Of a stretch of 64,000 nt of DNA, positions 13,300 to 27,157 are shown piece by piece. The stretch is from the NCBI RefSeq assembly GCF_963921235.1, contig NC_086108.1:26474001-26538000 (forward strand), given 5' to 3'. The notes below the pieces were generated by a model. The model did no database searches. It saw nothing but the letters and a program-made list of their open reading frames with translations, and was not told the origin of the DNA. The DNA is from Mobula hypostoma (lineage: Eukaryota). The translations under genes were made by a program, and so were the position numbers. Positions within the stretch are counted from its first letter, which is position 1, and the number at the start of each line of letters is the position of its first letter.

Positions 13300-13624
13300 T
13301 CTTCCCGGATACTTATCCTCGGCTTTGGTGTCCTCCTTCTCATCCACAGCCTTGGCCAATCCAGGCACTTTCTCTTCTTTTTCATTTGTTCAAATATTGA
13401 TCATCCTCTACCATAATAACCTTCTATGTCTCAGACATTACTCATTCCATTCATTACCCTCATCTGCCATTGTCCTTTGGTTACTTACCATTAGTTACCA
13501 GTTTATCACCACGTTCTTATTGCCACTGACTTCATCATTGTCCATAACCAAGGGTAGAGGTAAGCAGGACAAGGCAGACTGATGAGAGAAAATATGAGTA
13601 AAAACTTTCTTGTTGAAACCTAGC

Positions 13625-13955
13625 AAATACAGTGGATGTGGAGAGGATGTTTCTCTTCAAAGGAGAGCCTCAGATCCGAGGCTGCAGCTTCAGAATAAAG
13701 GAATTCCCCCTTTAAAACTGAGATTAGCAAGAATTCCTTTAACTAGAGGGTGGTAAATCTGCAGAATTTTTTGTCACAGAGCGCTGTGGAGGCTAATTCA
13801 TTGGGTATAGTTGAGGCAGTGATTGATGGGTTCTTGATTAGTAAGGGGGTTAAAGGTTATAGGGCAAAGTGAAGAGAATGGCTTTGGAAAAAAATCGGTG
13901 GAGTAGTCTTGATAGGCTGAATGGCATTATTCTGCTCCTTTACCTTCTAATCTTA
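13625..13955 (+). mobile_element. Old CR1 LINE 3' fragment
   Basis: GTGGATGTGGAGAGGATGTTT...GAGGGTGGTAAATCTG...GGCTGAATGGC...TCTGCTCCT CR1 end. Confidence 0.7.
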
Positions 13956-14119
13956 TGCTGATACTTGAATGAATGTTTGTAATTATACTTTGCAGAAAGG
14001 AAGGTGGTTGTTTGAAATCAATCATCCCTACTCCCAAAAATGATTACAGAGTAGGACTGTCTTCATCTTCATTAATGACTATCTCTCCATCAAAAAGTCA
14101 CAATTATACACTGTTCATT

Positions 14120-14820
14120 TCCATCAGCAATTTCTCAGCAAATGAAATATTCCATGCCTGCATGCAGCAAGACCTAGACAACACTCAGGCACGGACTGAT
14201 AAGTGGCAGGAAACATTCATGCATAAAAGTGCTAATAAGTATTCATATCCAACAAGAGAGAGTCTAATCATCTGCACTTGACATTCAGTAGCATTACCAT
14301 TGCCAAGTTTCAACTCCATCAATATTCTGGATGTCACCGTTGACCTGAAACCCAACTGCACCAGTTTGATAAATACTGTAGCTACAAGACTAGATCCGAC
14401 AATGCATCTTCCAGACACCCAAAAGAGGCTTCATCATCCATAATTCATCCAATTACTAGCATCTATACTTTAGTACTGAGGCTGCAGTATATTCCATCTA
14501 CAAAATGCATTGCTGTTACTCAGTGAGACTGTTCCAACAGCATCTCTAAAACTCAACCTCCACCACCAAGAATGATGAGGGCAGCAGGTAGACTATTGCA
14601 GGTCCCCCTCCAAGTCTCACACTATCCCAGGTTGAAAATATGTCAACATTATTTCTTTATTACTTGGAGGAAGTCCTAGAATTCCCTCCCGTGAGATACA
14701 TTGGAACTACCTTCACCAGAAAGACTACAGTCATTCAAGAAGAAGCTGACCAGCACCTTTTCTAAGACAACTGCAGATGAACTATTGACGCTGGGCTCAC
14801 CACTGACTCTTGCATCCTAG
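14120..14820 (+). mobile_element. Ancient CR1/L2-like LINE 3' fragment
   Basis: ORF 13973..14281 ends with MQQDLDNTQARTDKWQETF, the post-RT motif. Confidence 0.6.
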
Positions 14821-17164
14821 AAAGTAAAATAAAATATTTCGATCTGAAGTTCCTACTTACTTTGATATTTTACCAGGAAGCTAAGTAATCTTTGGCTCCC
14901 TGCAAGAGTCGACATCATGTTGAGTGGGGTGTTCACAAAGGAACCAATTCAGGAGCTGGGCCTGTTCTTTTCATCCTCTCTCAATGTGTGGTAAAGCTGT
15001 AAAACACTCCATTTATCAGGTCTATTATGAACGTGTGACACTGCCACTGACAGCAAGTGCATAAACAAGCTGTGTTTTGCTCTATCATTTAAATAGGGTT
15101 TAGTCTTCAACTTGGGGCTGTGCTGACATTTAAGGTGCAATGCCAGGAAGAAAGGATTTAAACTCTGGTGCGACAGTGACAAAACTATTAGCTCTGCCTT
15201 TGTGAGTGCCCTAGTTTTATACATTTGTAAATATATAGTGTCAAGAACGGGATATTAATAATAGGTTCCATCTGTATAACCTTTAAAATTTGAAGCCTCA
15301 AGGTGGCAGCAAAATAAGATAAGTCATTACAGTGTTACCCTTGATATTTATCAAGACCTTGCATTTCTGATGATGATCCCATCAAGGATATTTTGTCCAT
15401 CACGATATTGCCATCTCATGTGGACAGATAGCAAGTACTTTGGGCTGCAAAGTGAAATGAAGAATCAGGCCTTGGAAGTAATTGTTAGGCCTTTGAGTCC
15501 ATGTCACAAATATATGCTTGAATTAGTATTTGTACATGTATAAAAGGTACAGTGCAAAGCTTTGCTTTTGCGTTCCATCCAGATAGATTATTCCAAACAT
15601 GGAGTAGTACAAACAGAAAGACAAATACATACAGAATGTAGAATTACGGTTACGGAAAAAGTGTTGTGTAGGTAACGTGCAAGGGTCAAGGGTCATAGCA
15701 AACTAGATTAAGAGATCATCCTTATCGTACATGAGATCCATTCAAGTGTCTCATAATAGTGGATAGAAGCCTGGTGGTATATGTTAATGAGGCATAACAT
15801 TAACCATCGCCTCTCATAGATTATATGTAATATTACCACCTTAAATCAAAATCAACAATCATTGAAAGGGCCCCCTCTCACTGTTGATAGAATTGGTTTA
15901 TGTAAGTACTGTGTCTCGGTTAAGTTCCTATGATTTGTCCTTGGCATTTCCTTTAGTTGTTCCATGTGGTACTCTGTGCATTAATTACACAACATAGCAA
16001 TGCCATTGTTCTTTCGAAGTACATAGGATTCTTTATCATTAATCTTTCGATATATTCTCGGAATGTGGGGGCCACCAGAACAGATAGGAAAAATCCATGT
16101 GGTCACAGGGAAAATGTGGAGACTCCACAGATACAGCTGTGACTGTGACTTCAAATACATCTTGACCTTTATGGAGGGTTAATTTATGCATTGTCGAGAA
16201 GAAGAAGAATGGACAGTATAATTTGGTGGGGGATAATTGGGTTTCCTCACTTAGTATGGGTCATGGACCAAGAAGGAATAATACTCTTATGTATGGTTCT
16301 GAATTCTTTTAATTTTTGAGCATTTCCTTTAATTTGTTAAATGGAAAACCTTCCATTCAGTATTTGCAGGGAAATAGATTTAATTTATTTCATGGGGGGA
16401 GGGGGGTGCGATGTGAGCACAGCAGTTAATGATGTTGCTTCATAGCCCCAGGCACCCAGGTTCAAACTTGGAGTCTGGTGCTGTCTTAGAGTGTGCATGT
16501 TCTCCCTGTAACTATGTGGGTTTTTCTTGAAAGTTCTGGTTTCCTCCCATGGCAAAAAAAAATGCAAAGGTAAGTTAATAGTCTCCTATAAATGATCCCA
16601 ATGGGCTCTTTTCAATTGCCTCTTAGTGAGGATCTGTCCAGGACCAGCACATAAGCACCATTACAAAGAAAGCATGGCAGCACCTCTACTTTCTTCGAAG
16701 TTTGTAAAGATTCAGCAAATCATCTAAGTCTTTCACGCACTTCTATAGATGCACAGTGGAGAATATCTTGACTGGTTGCATCACAGATTAGTATGGAAAC
16801 ACCAATAGCCAGCAATGAAAAAGTCTACAAAGACTAGTGGATACAGCCCCAGTCCATCACAGGAAACGCCCTCCTCATTGAACACAACTACAAGGACAAG
16901 GACAACTACAAAAAAGCAGCATCCATCATCAAGGACCCCCACCATCTTGGCCATGTTCTCTTTTCACTGCTGCTATTGGGAAGAAGATATTCGAGCCTCA
17001 AGAATAACACCACCGGGTTCAGGAACAGTTATTACCCTTCAACCATCAAGTTCTTGAACCAGCATGGATAACTTCACTCACCTCAACACTGAACTGATTC
17101 CACAACCTATGGGGACTTTCCTTCAAGGACTCTATAACACATGTTCTCAGTATTATTGATTTAC

Positions 17165-17167
<3 letters not shown>

Positions 17168-17196
<29 letters not shown>

Positions 17197-17199
17197 GTT
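17168..17199. repeat. (TTA)n microsatellite
   Basis: ttattattattattattattattattgtta. Confidence 0.9.
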
Positions 17200-17923
17200 A
17201 TGTTTGTATTTTTTTCTCAGCTCAAGCTGGTAAAACTTGAGGTATGGGCATTGCCATGCACCCTCATTTCTCCATTGCTAGGAACTTTTAGACTATTTTA
17301 GTGGGGTTTAGTATTGTGCCTTTCCAGAGATTTAAATAAATATTGCTGTGTGGGCCTAATTGTTTAATGCTGTTGTGTAGTGTCTTTGGGATGATACCAG
17401 ATGTAGATATTACTATTGAGACAATGTCATCCCTGTTCATGTTCCATAGTCTTTCAATTTCCTCTCTTAATTCAGTATATTTCTTGTGTTTCTCACTTAT
17501 TGATTTTGTATGTTACGTGTGTTTGGAATGGTTATGTCTATTAAGTAAGTTGTTCTTCCTTGTTTAACCTGTAATATGATGTCCAGGTGGTTATTTTGGA
17601 TTGTACTATCTGTAATAATAGATCAGTCATGATATAATTTGTAGGACTCTGACCCTAACACTGGATCAGTCTTGTAGTTATAGTAAAGGTAGGGTGTCTT
17701 TTAATGAGTGTATTTCAAAGGAAGATTTTGGTGAATTGTGTTTACTACTTGAGTGCCTGTGTAAGTCATCAAACTGCTGCATGATCCTATAATGTGTTGG
17801 ATTGTTTCTGGTCTCTCCTGGCATTTTTTGCATTTGTTGTTTTGAATTTGTTGGTCTTTTATTATTTATTTTTGATCATTTGTTTATGTTAACCACCTGG
17901 CCCTGTATTGCCACAAGGAACCC
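17200..17923 (-). mobile_element. Dong/R4-clade (restriction-like endonuclease) non-LTR retrotransposon 3' fragment
   Basis: Minus strand gives GFLVAIQGQV, the CCHC knuckle CKKCQERPETIQHIIGSC (17779-17832), degenerate RLE NNHLDIIL..YLIDITIP, and EKHKKYTELREEIERLWNM..IVISTSGIIPK. Abuts a (TAA)n tract. Confidence 0.8.
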
Positions 17924-18644
17924 CTCTATTATTATTTTTTTTTTTGTTTTTGGCACAGTTTGTCTTCTTTTGCACATTGCTTGTTTGTCGGTATTTGTGT
18001 ACAGGTTTTAATTTATTCTATTGTATTCTTCGTTGTACTGTGAATGCCTAAAAGAAAGAGAATGTCAGTGCAGAATATGGTGACATCCTATACAGTAGAT
18101 GTACTTTGTACTTTGATAATAAATTTCCTTTGAACTTTGAATAAGGCTGCAAATTACATTTTTTAAACATGAGGACCAATTATTAGTGAAGTTAGGAAGC
18201 AGAATATGTGAGGAATCAGGGCAGGAGTTGGCCAATTGGACCTTTAAATCTGCTGCAGCATCCATCAAGATGACAGCTGAACTTTTAACTCAATGCCATT
18301 TCCCTGTACTATTTCTTATCTCTTGATTCCCTTAATATACAGAAATGTTCCTACTTTTCTTTTGAATGATATACCCCATTACCTTAACCATAATTCCAAA
18401 GACTCACCAGTCTCTGTGTGAAGGAATTTCTCCATGTCTCAGTCCTGAAGAGCCTGCCCCTTATCTTGAGATTGTAGCCCCTGGTTCTGGACGACTCAGC
18501 CCAGGGTAATAGCTTTGAAATACTTCTCTGCTTAAGCCCTGTAAAATTTTTCTAAGTATTGATGGGATGTCCTCCCATTCTTCTGATCTCTAGTGCTATT
18601 ATGTATTCTTAAGAGCTTAATGTATGAGTGGTGTTTGATTTCTC

Positions 18645-20129
18645 TGGGCCTGACAGACATTTTCAACATCTCCCTTAGTCAAGCCATTGTTCCCGGATGC
18701 TTCAAAACCTCCACAATCATCCCTGTAGCAATGAAATCAGCGGTAGCCTGTCTGAATGATTACCATCCCGTTGCCCTGACCCCCATAGTGATGAAATGTT
18801 TTGAACAGCTTGTCAAGCCTCATATCACAGCCAGCCTCCCCTCATCGCTGGGTCCTCTACAGTTTGCTTATTGTCCAAATCGCTCTACGGAGGATGCAAT
18901 ATCCACCACACTGCACACAGTTCTCTCTCACTTGGACAACAAAGACACTTATGCCAAAATCCTGTACATTGATTTCAGTTCAGAGTTCAATACCATCATC
19001 CTGCAGAAACTAGTGGAGAAACTGTTGCTGCTTAGCCTTAGCACTGCCATGTGTCGCTGGATTCTGGATTTCTTGACAGAGAGACCACAGTCAGTCCGTG
19101 TTGGAGGGAACATCTCTGATTCCATCACACTGAGCACTGGATCCCCACAAGGCTGTGTGCTTAGCCCATTGCTGTTTACACTGCTAACATATGACTGTGC
19201 GGCCAGATTCAAGGAGAACCTGATCATTAAATTTGCTGATGATACCACAGTGGTGGGACTCATCAGCAAAAATGATGAAACAATGTACAGGGAGGAGGTC
19301 AAACACCTAGAGAGCTGGTACAGTGATAACAACTTGATGCTTAATGTCACCAAAACCAAGGAGATGATCGTTGATTTCAGACGGTCTCAGCCTGAGCAAC
19401 ACCCCTCAGTATCAGTGGAGAGAGTGGAAAACATCAAGTTCCTTGGGGTGCAGATCTCAGACAATCTCACCTGGTCCAGGAACACAACTGGGATTGTGAA
19501 ATGGGCCCAGCAGAGATTGCACTTTCTGAGGAAGCTTAAACAAGCATCACTCCCCAGTGACATCTTAACTACATTCTACAGAGGCGTGGTTGAGAGTGTG
19601 CTGACCTTCTGCATCACAACCTGGTACTCCAGCTGCAGTGCTGTTGACAAAAAAGCCTTGCAGAGGGTGGTTAGGGGAGCAGAGAAGGTTATTGGGGTCT
19701 CCCTACCTTCTGTCCAAGAACTCTTTCAGAGTCGATGCCTCCAAAAGACACGGTACATCATTAAAGAGCCCTCACACCCTCTCCATGAACTGTTTGTTCT
19801 TCTGCCATCAGGCAAACGTTACAGGAGCATCAAAACTAAAACCACAAGGCTACTAAACAGCTTCCTCCCACAGGCAGTCAGACTGCTAAATAGCTGCTCC
19901 ACCTGACTCTGCTTTGGACACTTTTAACTTGTACTGGACACTTATAACTTGATTTTAACTGACATGTGGCTGTTGTGTTTTACTATTTATTGTTATGTTT
20001 ATTATTTAGTGTTGCATTTGTTATGTTATGATTGCACTGCTCCTGGGAAACGTTGTCTCATTCTGCCCTGCAGAGCTGAATGTACGGTTAGAATGTCAAT
20101 AATGTTTTTTGAATCTTTGAATCTTGAAT
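18645..20129 (+). mobile_element. Young 5'-truncated Rex1/Babar LINE with an open RT frame (ORF 18593..19906)
   Basis: About 420 uninterrupted codons: [57 protein letters not shown]. (TTGAATC)n tail at 20109-20129. Confidence 0.92.
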
Positions 20130-20313
20130 GAATCTGTACTCAATGGAGTTCAGAAATATGTGTAAGTATCTCAATGAAACTTAGCAGATACTGAAAGGCC
20201 TGTACAGAGTGGCATGGAACGGATGTTTTCATTTGTAAGAGAGTCTATGATATGAGGTCACAGCACTATCATAAAAGGATGAGAAGTGGAATTTTTTCAG
20301 CAGAGAATGGTGA

Positions 20314-23300
20314 CCTGACAAGGGACGCCCACGGTGACCGGGTCTCTGGCACTGAGCCTGGCGCTGTTGTGCAGGAGGGAAGGAGAGAGAAGAGAAATGC
20401 GGTCGTCATGGGGGATTCGATAGTCAGAGGAACAGATAGGAGATTCTGTGAGCCTGATAGAGATACCCGCATGGTGTTTTGCCTCCCAGGTGCCAGGGTA
20501 CGGGATGTCTCGGATCGGGTCCAGAATCTTCTGAAGGGAGAGGGTGAGCAGCCAGTTGCCTTGGTGCATGTTGGTACCAATGACATAAATAGGAGAAGGG
20601 AGGAGGTCCTGAAGAGAGATTTCTGGGAGTTAGGAAGGAAGCTGAAAAGTAGGACCTCCAGGGTAGTAATCTCGGGATTGCTACCTGTGCCACGTGCTAG
20701 TGAGGGCAAGAATAGTAGGATCAGGCAGATGAATGCGTGGCTCAGAAACTGGTGCAGGGGGCAGAGCTTCAGATTCTTGGATCACTGGGATCTCTTCTGG
20801 GGGAAGTACGACCTGTTCAAAGGGACAGGTTACACCTGAACCCGAAGGGGACCAATATCCTGGCGGGAAGGTTTAATAAAACTGTTAGGGAGGGTTTAAA
20901 CTAATTTGGCAGGGGGATAAGAACCAGAATGATAGAGCAGAGGAAGGGGAAAACAGAAATAAATCTAAGGTAGTGAGCAGTAAAGATGTCAGGAAAGACA
21001 GGCTGGTGATGGGGCAAATTTGTAGCCATTGGGATGAGTTGCAGTGCAATAAAATTTCAGTGAAATCAAAGCAAAAAGTACCAAATACTGGTCTTAAGGT
21101 TTTATACTTAAATGCACCCAGCATAAGGAATACGGTGGATGATCTTGTCGTTCAGCTACAGATTGGCAGGTATGATATTGTGGCTATCACTGAGACGTGG
21201 CTAAAGGATGCATGTCTCTGGGAGCTGAATGTCCAAGGGTACACGGTGTATTGGAAGGATAGGAAGGTAGGCAGAGGGGATAGCGTGGCTTTATTGGTAA
21301 GAAATGATATCAAGTCATTAGAAAGACGTGACATAGGATCGAAGGTGCAGAATCTTTATGCGTTGAGCTAAGAAATCGCAGGGGTAAAAGGACCCTGATG
21401 GCAGTTATATACAGGCCTCCAAACTGCTGCAGTGATGTGGACTACAAATTACAACAGGAAATAGAAAAGGCTTGTCAGAAGGGCAGTATTATGATAATTG
21501 TGGGGAATTCTAACATGTGAGTGGATTGGGAAAATCAGGTCGGCACTGGATCTGACACTAGCACTGGCACTGGAGAATTTGTAGAATGTCTGCGAGATGG
21601 CTTTTTAGAACAGCTTGTTGTTGAGCCCACTAGGGGATCGGCTGTACTGGATTGGGTATTGTGTAATGAACCGGAGGTGATTAGAGAGATTGAAGTGAAG
21701 GAACCCTTAGGAGGCAGTGATCATAACATGACTGAGTTCATTGTGAAATTTGAAAAAGAGAAGTCGAAATCCGACGTGTCGGTAATTCAGTGGAGTAAAG
21801 GAAATTATAGTGGCATGAGAGAGGAACTCGCCAAAGTTGACTGGAAAGGGACACTGACAGGAAGGACGGCAAAGCAGCAGTGACTGCAGTTCATGCGAGA
21901 AGTGAGAAAGGTGCAAGACAGGTATATTCCTAAAAAGAAGAAATTTTCGAATGGAGAAAGGATGCAACCGTGGCTGACAAGAGAAGTCAAAGCCAAAGTT
22001 AAAGCAAAGGAGAGGACATACAAGGAAGCAAAAATTAGTGGGAAGACAGAGGATTGGGAAGTTTTTAAAAGCTTACAGAAGGAAACTAAGAAGGTCATTA
22101 AGAGGGAAAAGATGAACTATGAAAGGAAGCTAGCAAATAATATCAAAGAGGATACTAAAAGCTTTTTCAAGTATATAAAGAGTAAGAGACAGGTGAGAGT
22201 AGATATAGGACCGATAGAAAATGATGCTGGAGAAATTGTAATGGGAGATAAGGAGATGGAAGAGGAAATGAATGAGTATTTTGCATCAGTCTTCACTGAG
22301 GAAGACATCAGCAGTGTACCGGACAGTCAAGGGTGGCAGGGAGGAGAAGTGTGCATAGTCACAATTACGACAGAGAAAGTACTCAGGAAGCTGAATAGTC
22401 TAAGGGTAGATAAATCTCCCGGACCAGATGGAATGCACCCTCGTGTTCTGAAGGAAGTAGCTGGGAGAATGCGAAGGCATTAGCGATGATCTTTCAAAAG
22501 TCAATAGATTCTGGCATGGTTCCGGAGAACTGGAAGATTGCAAATGTCACTCCGCTATTTAAGAAAGGGGCAAGGAAGCAAAACGGAAATTATAGACCTG
22601 TTAGCTTGACATCGGTGTTTGGGAAGTTGTTGGAGTCGTTTGTCAAGGATGACGTTACGGAGTACCTGGAGGCATATGACAAGATAGGCAGAACTCAGCA
22701 TGGATTCCTTAAAGGAAAATCCTGCCTGACAAACCTATCACAATTTTCTGAGGAAATTACAAATAGGTTAGACAAGGGAGATGCTGTGGATGTTTTATAT
22801 TTGGATTTTCAGAAGGCCTTTGCAAAGGTGCCACACATGAGGCTACTTAACAAGATAAGAGCCCATGGAATTATGGGAAAGTTACATACATGGATAGGGT
22901 GTTGGCTGATTGGCAGGAAACAGAGAGTGGGAATAAAGGGATCCTATTCTGGTTGGTGTTCCACAGGGGTCCGTGTTGGGGCCCCTTCTTTTTACGTTGT
23001 CCATCAACGATTTGGATTATGGAATAGATGGCTTCTACCTACGTTTGCTGATGATACGAAGATAGGCGGAGGGGCCAGTAGTGCTGAGGAAACTGAGAGT
23101 CTGCAGAGAGACTTGGATAGATTGGAAGAATGGGCAAAGAAATGGCAAATGAAATACAATGTTGGAAAGTATATGGTTATGCACTTTGGCAGAAGAAGTA
23201 AACCGGCAGACTATTATTTAAATGGGGAGAGAATTTAAAGTTCTGGGATGCAACGGGACTTGGGAGTCCTCATGCAGGATACCCTTAAGGTTAACCTCCA

Positions 23301-23972
23301 GGTTGAGTCAGTGGTGAAGAAGGCGCATGTAATGTTGGCATTCATTTCTAGAGGAATAGAGTATAAGAGCAGGGATGTGATGTTGAGGCTCTATAAGGCA
23401 CTGATGAGACCTCACTTGGAGTACTGTGGGCAGTTTTGGTCTCCTTATTTAAGAAAGGATGTGCTGACATTGGAGAGGGTACAGAGAAGATTCACTGGAA
23501 CGATTCCGCGAATGAAAGGGTTAATATATGAGGAACGTTTGTCCGCTCTTGGACTGTATTCCTTGGAGTTTAGAAGAATGAGGGGGGACCTCATAGAAAC
23601 ATTTCGAATGTTGAAAGGCATGGACAAAGTGGATGTGGCAAAGTTGTTTCCCATGATGGGGGAGTCTAGTACGAGAGGGCATGACTTAAGGATTGAAGGG
23701 CGCCCACTGAGATGCGAAGAAATTTTTTTAGCCAGAGGGTGGTGAAACAATGGAATTTTTTGCCACAGGCGGCAGTGGAGGCCAAGTCATTGGGTGTATT
23801 TAAGGCAGAGATTGATAGGTATCTGAGTAGCCAGGGCATCAAAGGTTATGTTGAGAAGGCGGGGGAGTGGTACTAAATGGGAGAATGGATCAGTTCGTGA
23901 TAAAATGGCGGAGCAGACTCAATGGGCCGAATGGCCGACTTCTGCTCCTTTGTCTTATGGTCTAATGGCCTT
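20314..23972 (+). mobile_element. Near full-length CR1 LINE (ORF1 SGNH esterase; ORF2 AP endonuclease + RT), with stops and frameshifts, nested in an older CR1 3' fragment
   Basis: ORF1: VVMGDSIVRG, LPGARVRDV, VHVGTND, DRLHLN (after a frameshift; stop 20902-20904). ORF2: VLYLNAPSIRN, IVAITETWL, GGSDHN, KSPGPDGMHPRVLKE, YRPVSLTS, YLDFQKAF, FADD, LEYCGQFWSP. TCTTATGG tail. The host CR1 resumes after 23972. Confidence 0.95.
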
Positions 23973-24009
23973 ATGGAATTTATTGCCAGAGGGCTGTTGA
24001 TAAATTCTG

Positions 24010-24220
24010 AAACACAAGATATTCTGCAGATGCTGGACATCCAAAGCAACACACGCTAAATGCTGGAGGAACTCAGCAGGTCAGGCACCATCAATGGAAA
24101 TGAACAAACAATGAATGTTTCAGGCCGAGACCCTTCATCAGGATTGGAAAGGAAGGGAAAGGCACCAGAATAAATAGGTAGGAGGGGAAGAAGGTTAGCT
24201 GGAAGGTGATAGGTGAAGAC
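24010..24220 (-). mobile_element. Older Penelope tail fragment with a degenerate hammerhead
   Basis: Minus strand reads CTGATGAAGGGTCTCGGCCTGAAACAT (about 24113-24145), followed by the tail. Confidence 0.75.
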
Positions 24221-25180
24221 TCATATCAGTAAAGTGCTAGGTTCTTGATTTGTAAAGGGTTTAAAGGTTATGATGAAAAGGCAGGAGAATGGGGGTTGGA
24301 AAATAAGAATCAGCCATGACTGAATGGTGGAGCTGATTCAATGGGCTAAATAGATCATTCCACTCCTATATCATATGGTCTTAGATAGGCCTGGTCTAGT
24401 CAACCTCACCTCATACTGCAAACTTACCACCTCAAACATGAGAATGATGAATTCCCTATGGTAACTATAGTTTAATGTGGACAGAATTGTGCATGAAGTG
24501 CTGTCTATATATTGCCTTCTGAACTACTTTACGCATGTTAGCATTCAGTGACCGTGTAGAAGGACACTTAGGTTCCTTTAAAGATCATGAACATCATTCA
24601 ATCTCTGACAATTTTAACAAATAGTCTTGTGTTTCTATTCCATGCATCAAAGCAAATAACAATATTTCACCACATTATATTGCTGCTGTTGTATTCCTGC
24701 CCACTCACTCCATTTGTCCAAATCTACTTGAAGCCTTTTTAGTGAAATGTTATCATATTCGGAAAATCCCTTTTCTGGAAGAATTTTTTGCTTGCAAACC
24801 CCTGGTACATATTTTATCTCTCTTCTCTTTAGCATGGTCTACAAATAACAAATGCTCCTCTTAAGTAAAAATGAATGACTGTAATATTGTAGTATAACAT
24901 TACCGAAGTTATTTTAAAACATGTCAAAGTCAACCCCACTACAACATCTCTGGACGGGAATAAATGCATCATGTAGATTACTACTGGACAAGTAATGACC
25001 AGAACTGAACTAGTATTGTACATCTAATCTAGCATTGTAGAGAGATCAAAGTTCAATTCTCGCTGTGGCATCTGTGGAAGTAAAATTCACTCAATAAATA
25101 GTAATTAAGGTAAATAACAATTATTCTTTGTACTGATTACCACAAAGAACATTGTATTGTCATACAATAAACATTGTGTG

Positions 25181-25243
<63 letters not shown>
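25181..25243. repeat. (TA)n(CA)n compound microsatellite
   Basis: Directly visible. Confidence 0.97.
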
Positions 25244-25245
<2 letters not shown>

Positions 25246-26581
25246 TTCACTAGCATCCTTGAGGAGTGGAAATACTCCAATCCCAGCCCATGTGATTGGT
25301 GATTGCCTCAATGAAAATCGAAGAATTATAAATGCTGAAAACCTGAAATAAAAGCAAAATTATGTAAGCAGGTTTAATATCTTCAGCATATGCTGTGAAA
25401 TTTGTTGATTTTGCATCAGCAGTACAATGCAATACATAATAATAGAAAACAACAGAATTACACTAAATATATATTATATAGTTACCTTAAGTAAATAGTG
25501 CAAAAATAGAAATTAGAAAGTAGTGAGACAGTGTTCATGGGTTCAGAAAACAGATGGCAGTGGGAAAAAGCTGTTCCTGAATCATGTATGGATAAATCAA
25601 CAGGGCTCATGTTTCAGTTTGATAACTCTTTATCAGAATGTGTTATCTACCTAACGTTGACTTTGTCCTTATTTCCACAGATCGTACTGGCTAAGCAAAC
25701 CATTCAGTTAGTTATAAGTGGCTAATCACCACCTTCGCAATAGACTGAGGATGGGTACTAATTCTGCCAGCTGTACCTAATCCTGATAAACTACATATCT
25801 TTTTGAAAACCAAAGTACTTTAAAATCCTGCAACAGTTATTATCACTGAAAGTCGAAGGGCACATCTCTCAATGACCAATAAACACAATTGATTGTCACT
25901 GCTGAGTTCACTTCACTCCAATATTAGGCTCCCCATGGATTCCACCAATGTGACACAACCATCCTGCACCGAAACTGGGATCGACCTGATGTGGGTTCAG
26001 CAATGCCATTATCTTCAAAAGGGAGAACTGGTTGCTAGTGTGAGAAGCAAGTTTCAGGAGATTTAAATTGTGTGACTTGCTTAATCTAAGCATATTTTAT
26101 CAAGTGCTTCCAGTTGTATTTATATTCTTTTAATCTGATTTTAATTGTATGCTTACAATGTAATAGTTTTTGAATGTTTGCAAATGTTGATAGCATTCAC
26201 AAGTTTCCAGCAGCATTGATTGATATTTCGGAAATAGTTGGCTTCCATTTCCTTTGTACGGGAGTAATGGTTGGTAGCCCATTGTTCTGAGTAGCCTTGT
26301 TGACCGAGGTTCATCAAGAAAGTTTCTGTTGTACAACCTGTTGGAGGTAGAGGAAGGTTTACTGAGTCAGTGAGTATTGGTAATACACTGCTCCCAGGAA
26401 ATTTCAGACCATTAACATTCTTTCACCTTTGAGCCAGTTTGTGCTTAATCATAACATCATTCAGATGTAGAGAGACGATTCTTCTTAGCTTACTTTGGCC
26501 CACGTGTTTTGCCACCTAAGTTAATTAGGAGATTTTAATCTATTTGTAGGTTTATGTGTTGCATCATGTCCTTTGCAAATA

Positions 26582-27157
26582 CAGGTTGAATACTCCTTAT
26601 CCAAAATTCTAAAATCCGAAATCCTCCTAAATTTGGGTGCTGACATGGTGTCCCCAATGGAAAGTCCCACAAGGCACTGAAAAACCTCCCAGGTGACACA
26701 CAGGTCTCTGCATCACAGACAATTCTGGGAAGTTACCTGACGTATGAAAATCATTGTTGATGAAAATCTAACACCAGATCAAATCTACAATGTGGATTGT
26801 TTTTAAACCTTATATCAACCCCTCAAGAAATTAAAATACAAATACAGTGTACTGTAACCTTTTAATTTAAACAGGGCATTGTAGGTGGAAACTGAAAGCC
26901 TGCCTTTATTTGTTGTTGTTCAGTAATGATTCAGGTGTTCTCTCGATACTGCTGTGCTGCTTTTGTTATCCTGTGCACATTATATTTTCATTATGTTGAT
27001 GTTATGTAATAATTTTTACCAATAACACAAAGACTGCTTACCGGTAGCGCTTAAATTCAGAGTTGGAAATGATGGTAATCCCAATCTATCTCATTGCATA
27101 TTCTGAAATCCAAAACACTTCAGCCCCAAGCATTTTGGATAAGGGGTACTCAATCTG
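26582..27157 (+). mobile_element. pogo/Tigger-type (Tigger4/MER46-like) non-autonomous DNA transposon
   Basis: TIR CAGGTTGAATACTCCTTATCCAAAAT versus reverse complement of the right end CAGATTGAGTACCCCTTATCCAAAAT; TA on both sides. Internal transposase relic KIIVDENLTPDQIYNVD (26747-26797). Confidence 0.85.

Larger units (their letters stand above)
16630..18145 (+). mobile_element. Rex1-type LINE 3' fragment split by a Dong/R4 insertion
   Basis: Decayed FYRCTVENILTGCIT..KAASIIKDPHH..; the 3' UTR resumes at about 17925 and ends in a (TTTGAAC) tail at about 18140. Confidence 0.75.

Noticed and set aside
25105..25351. ORFs with CVCV / HTHT runs
   Set aside because: Translations of the (CA)n microsatellite.
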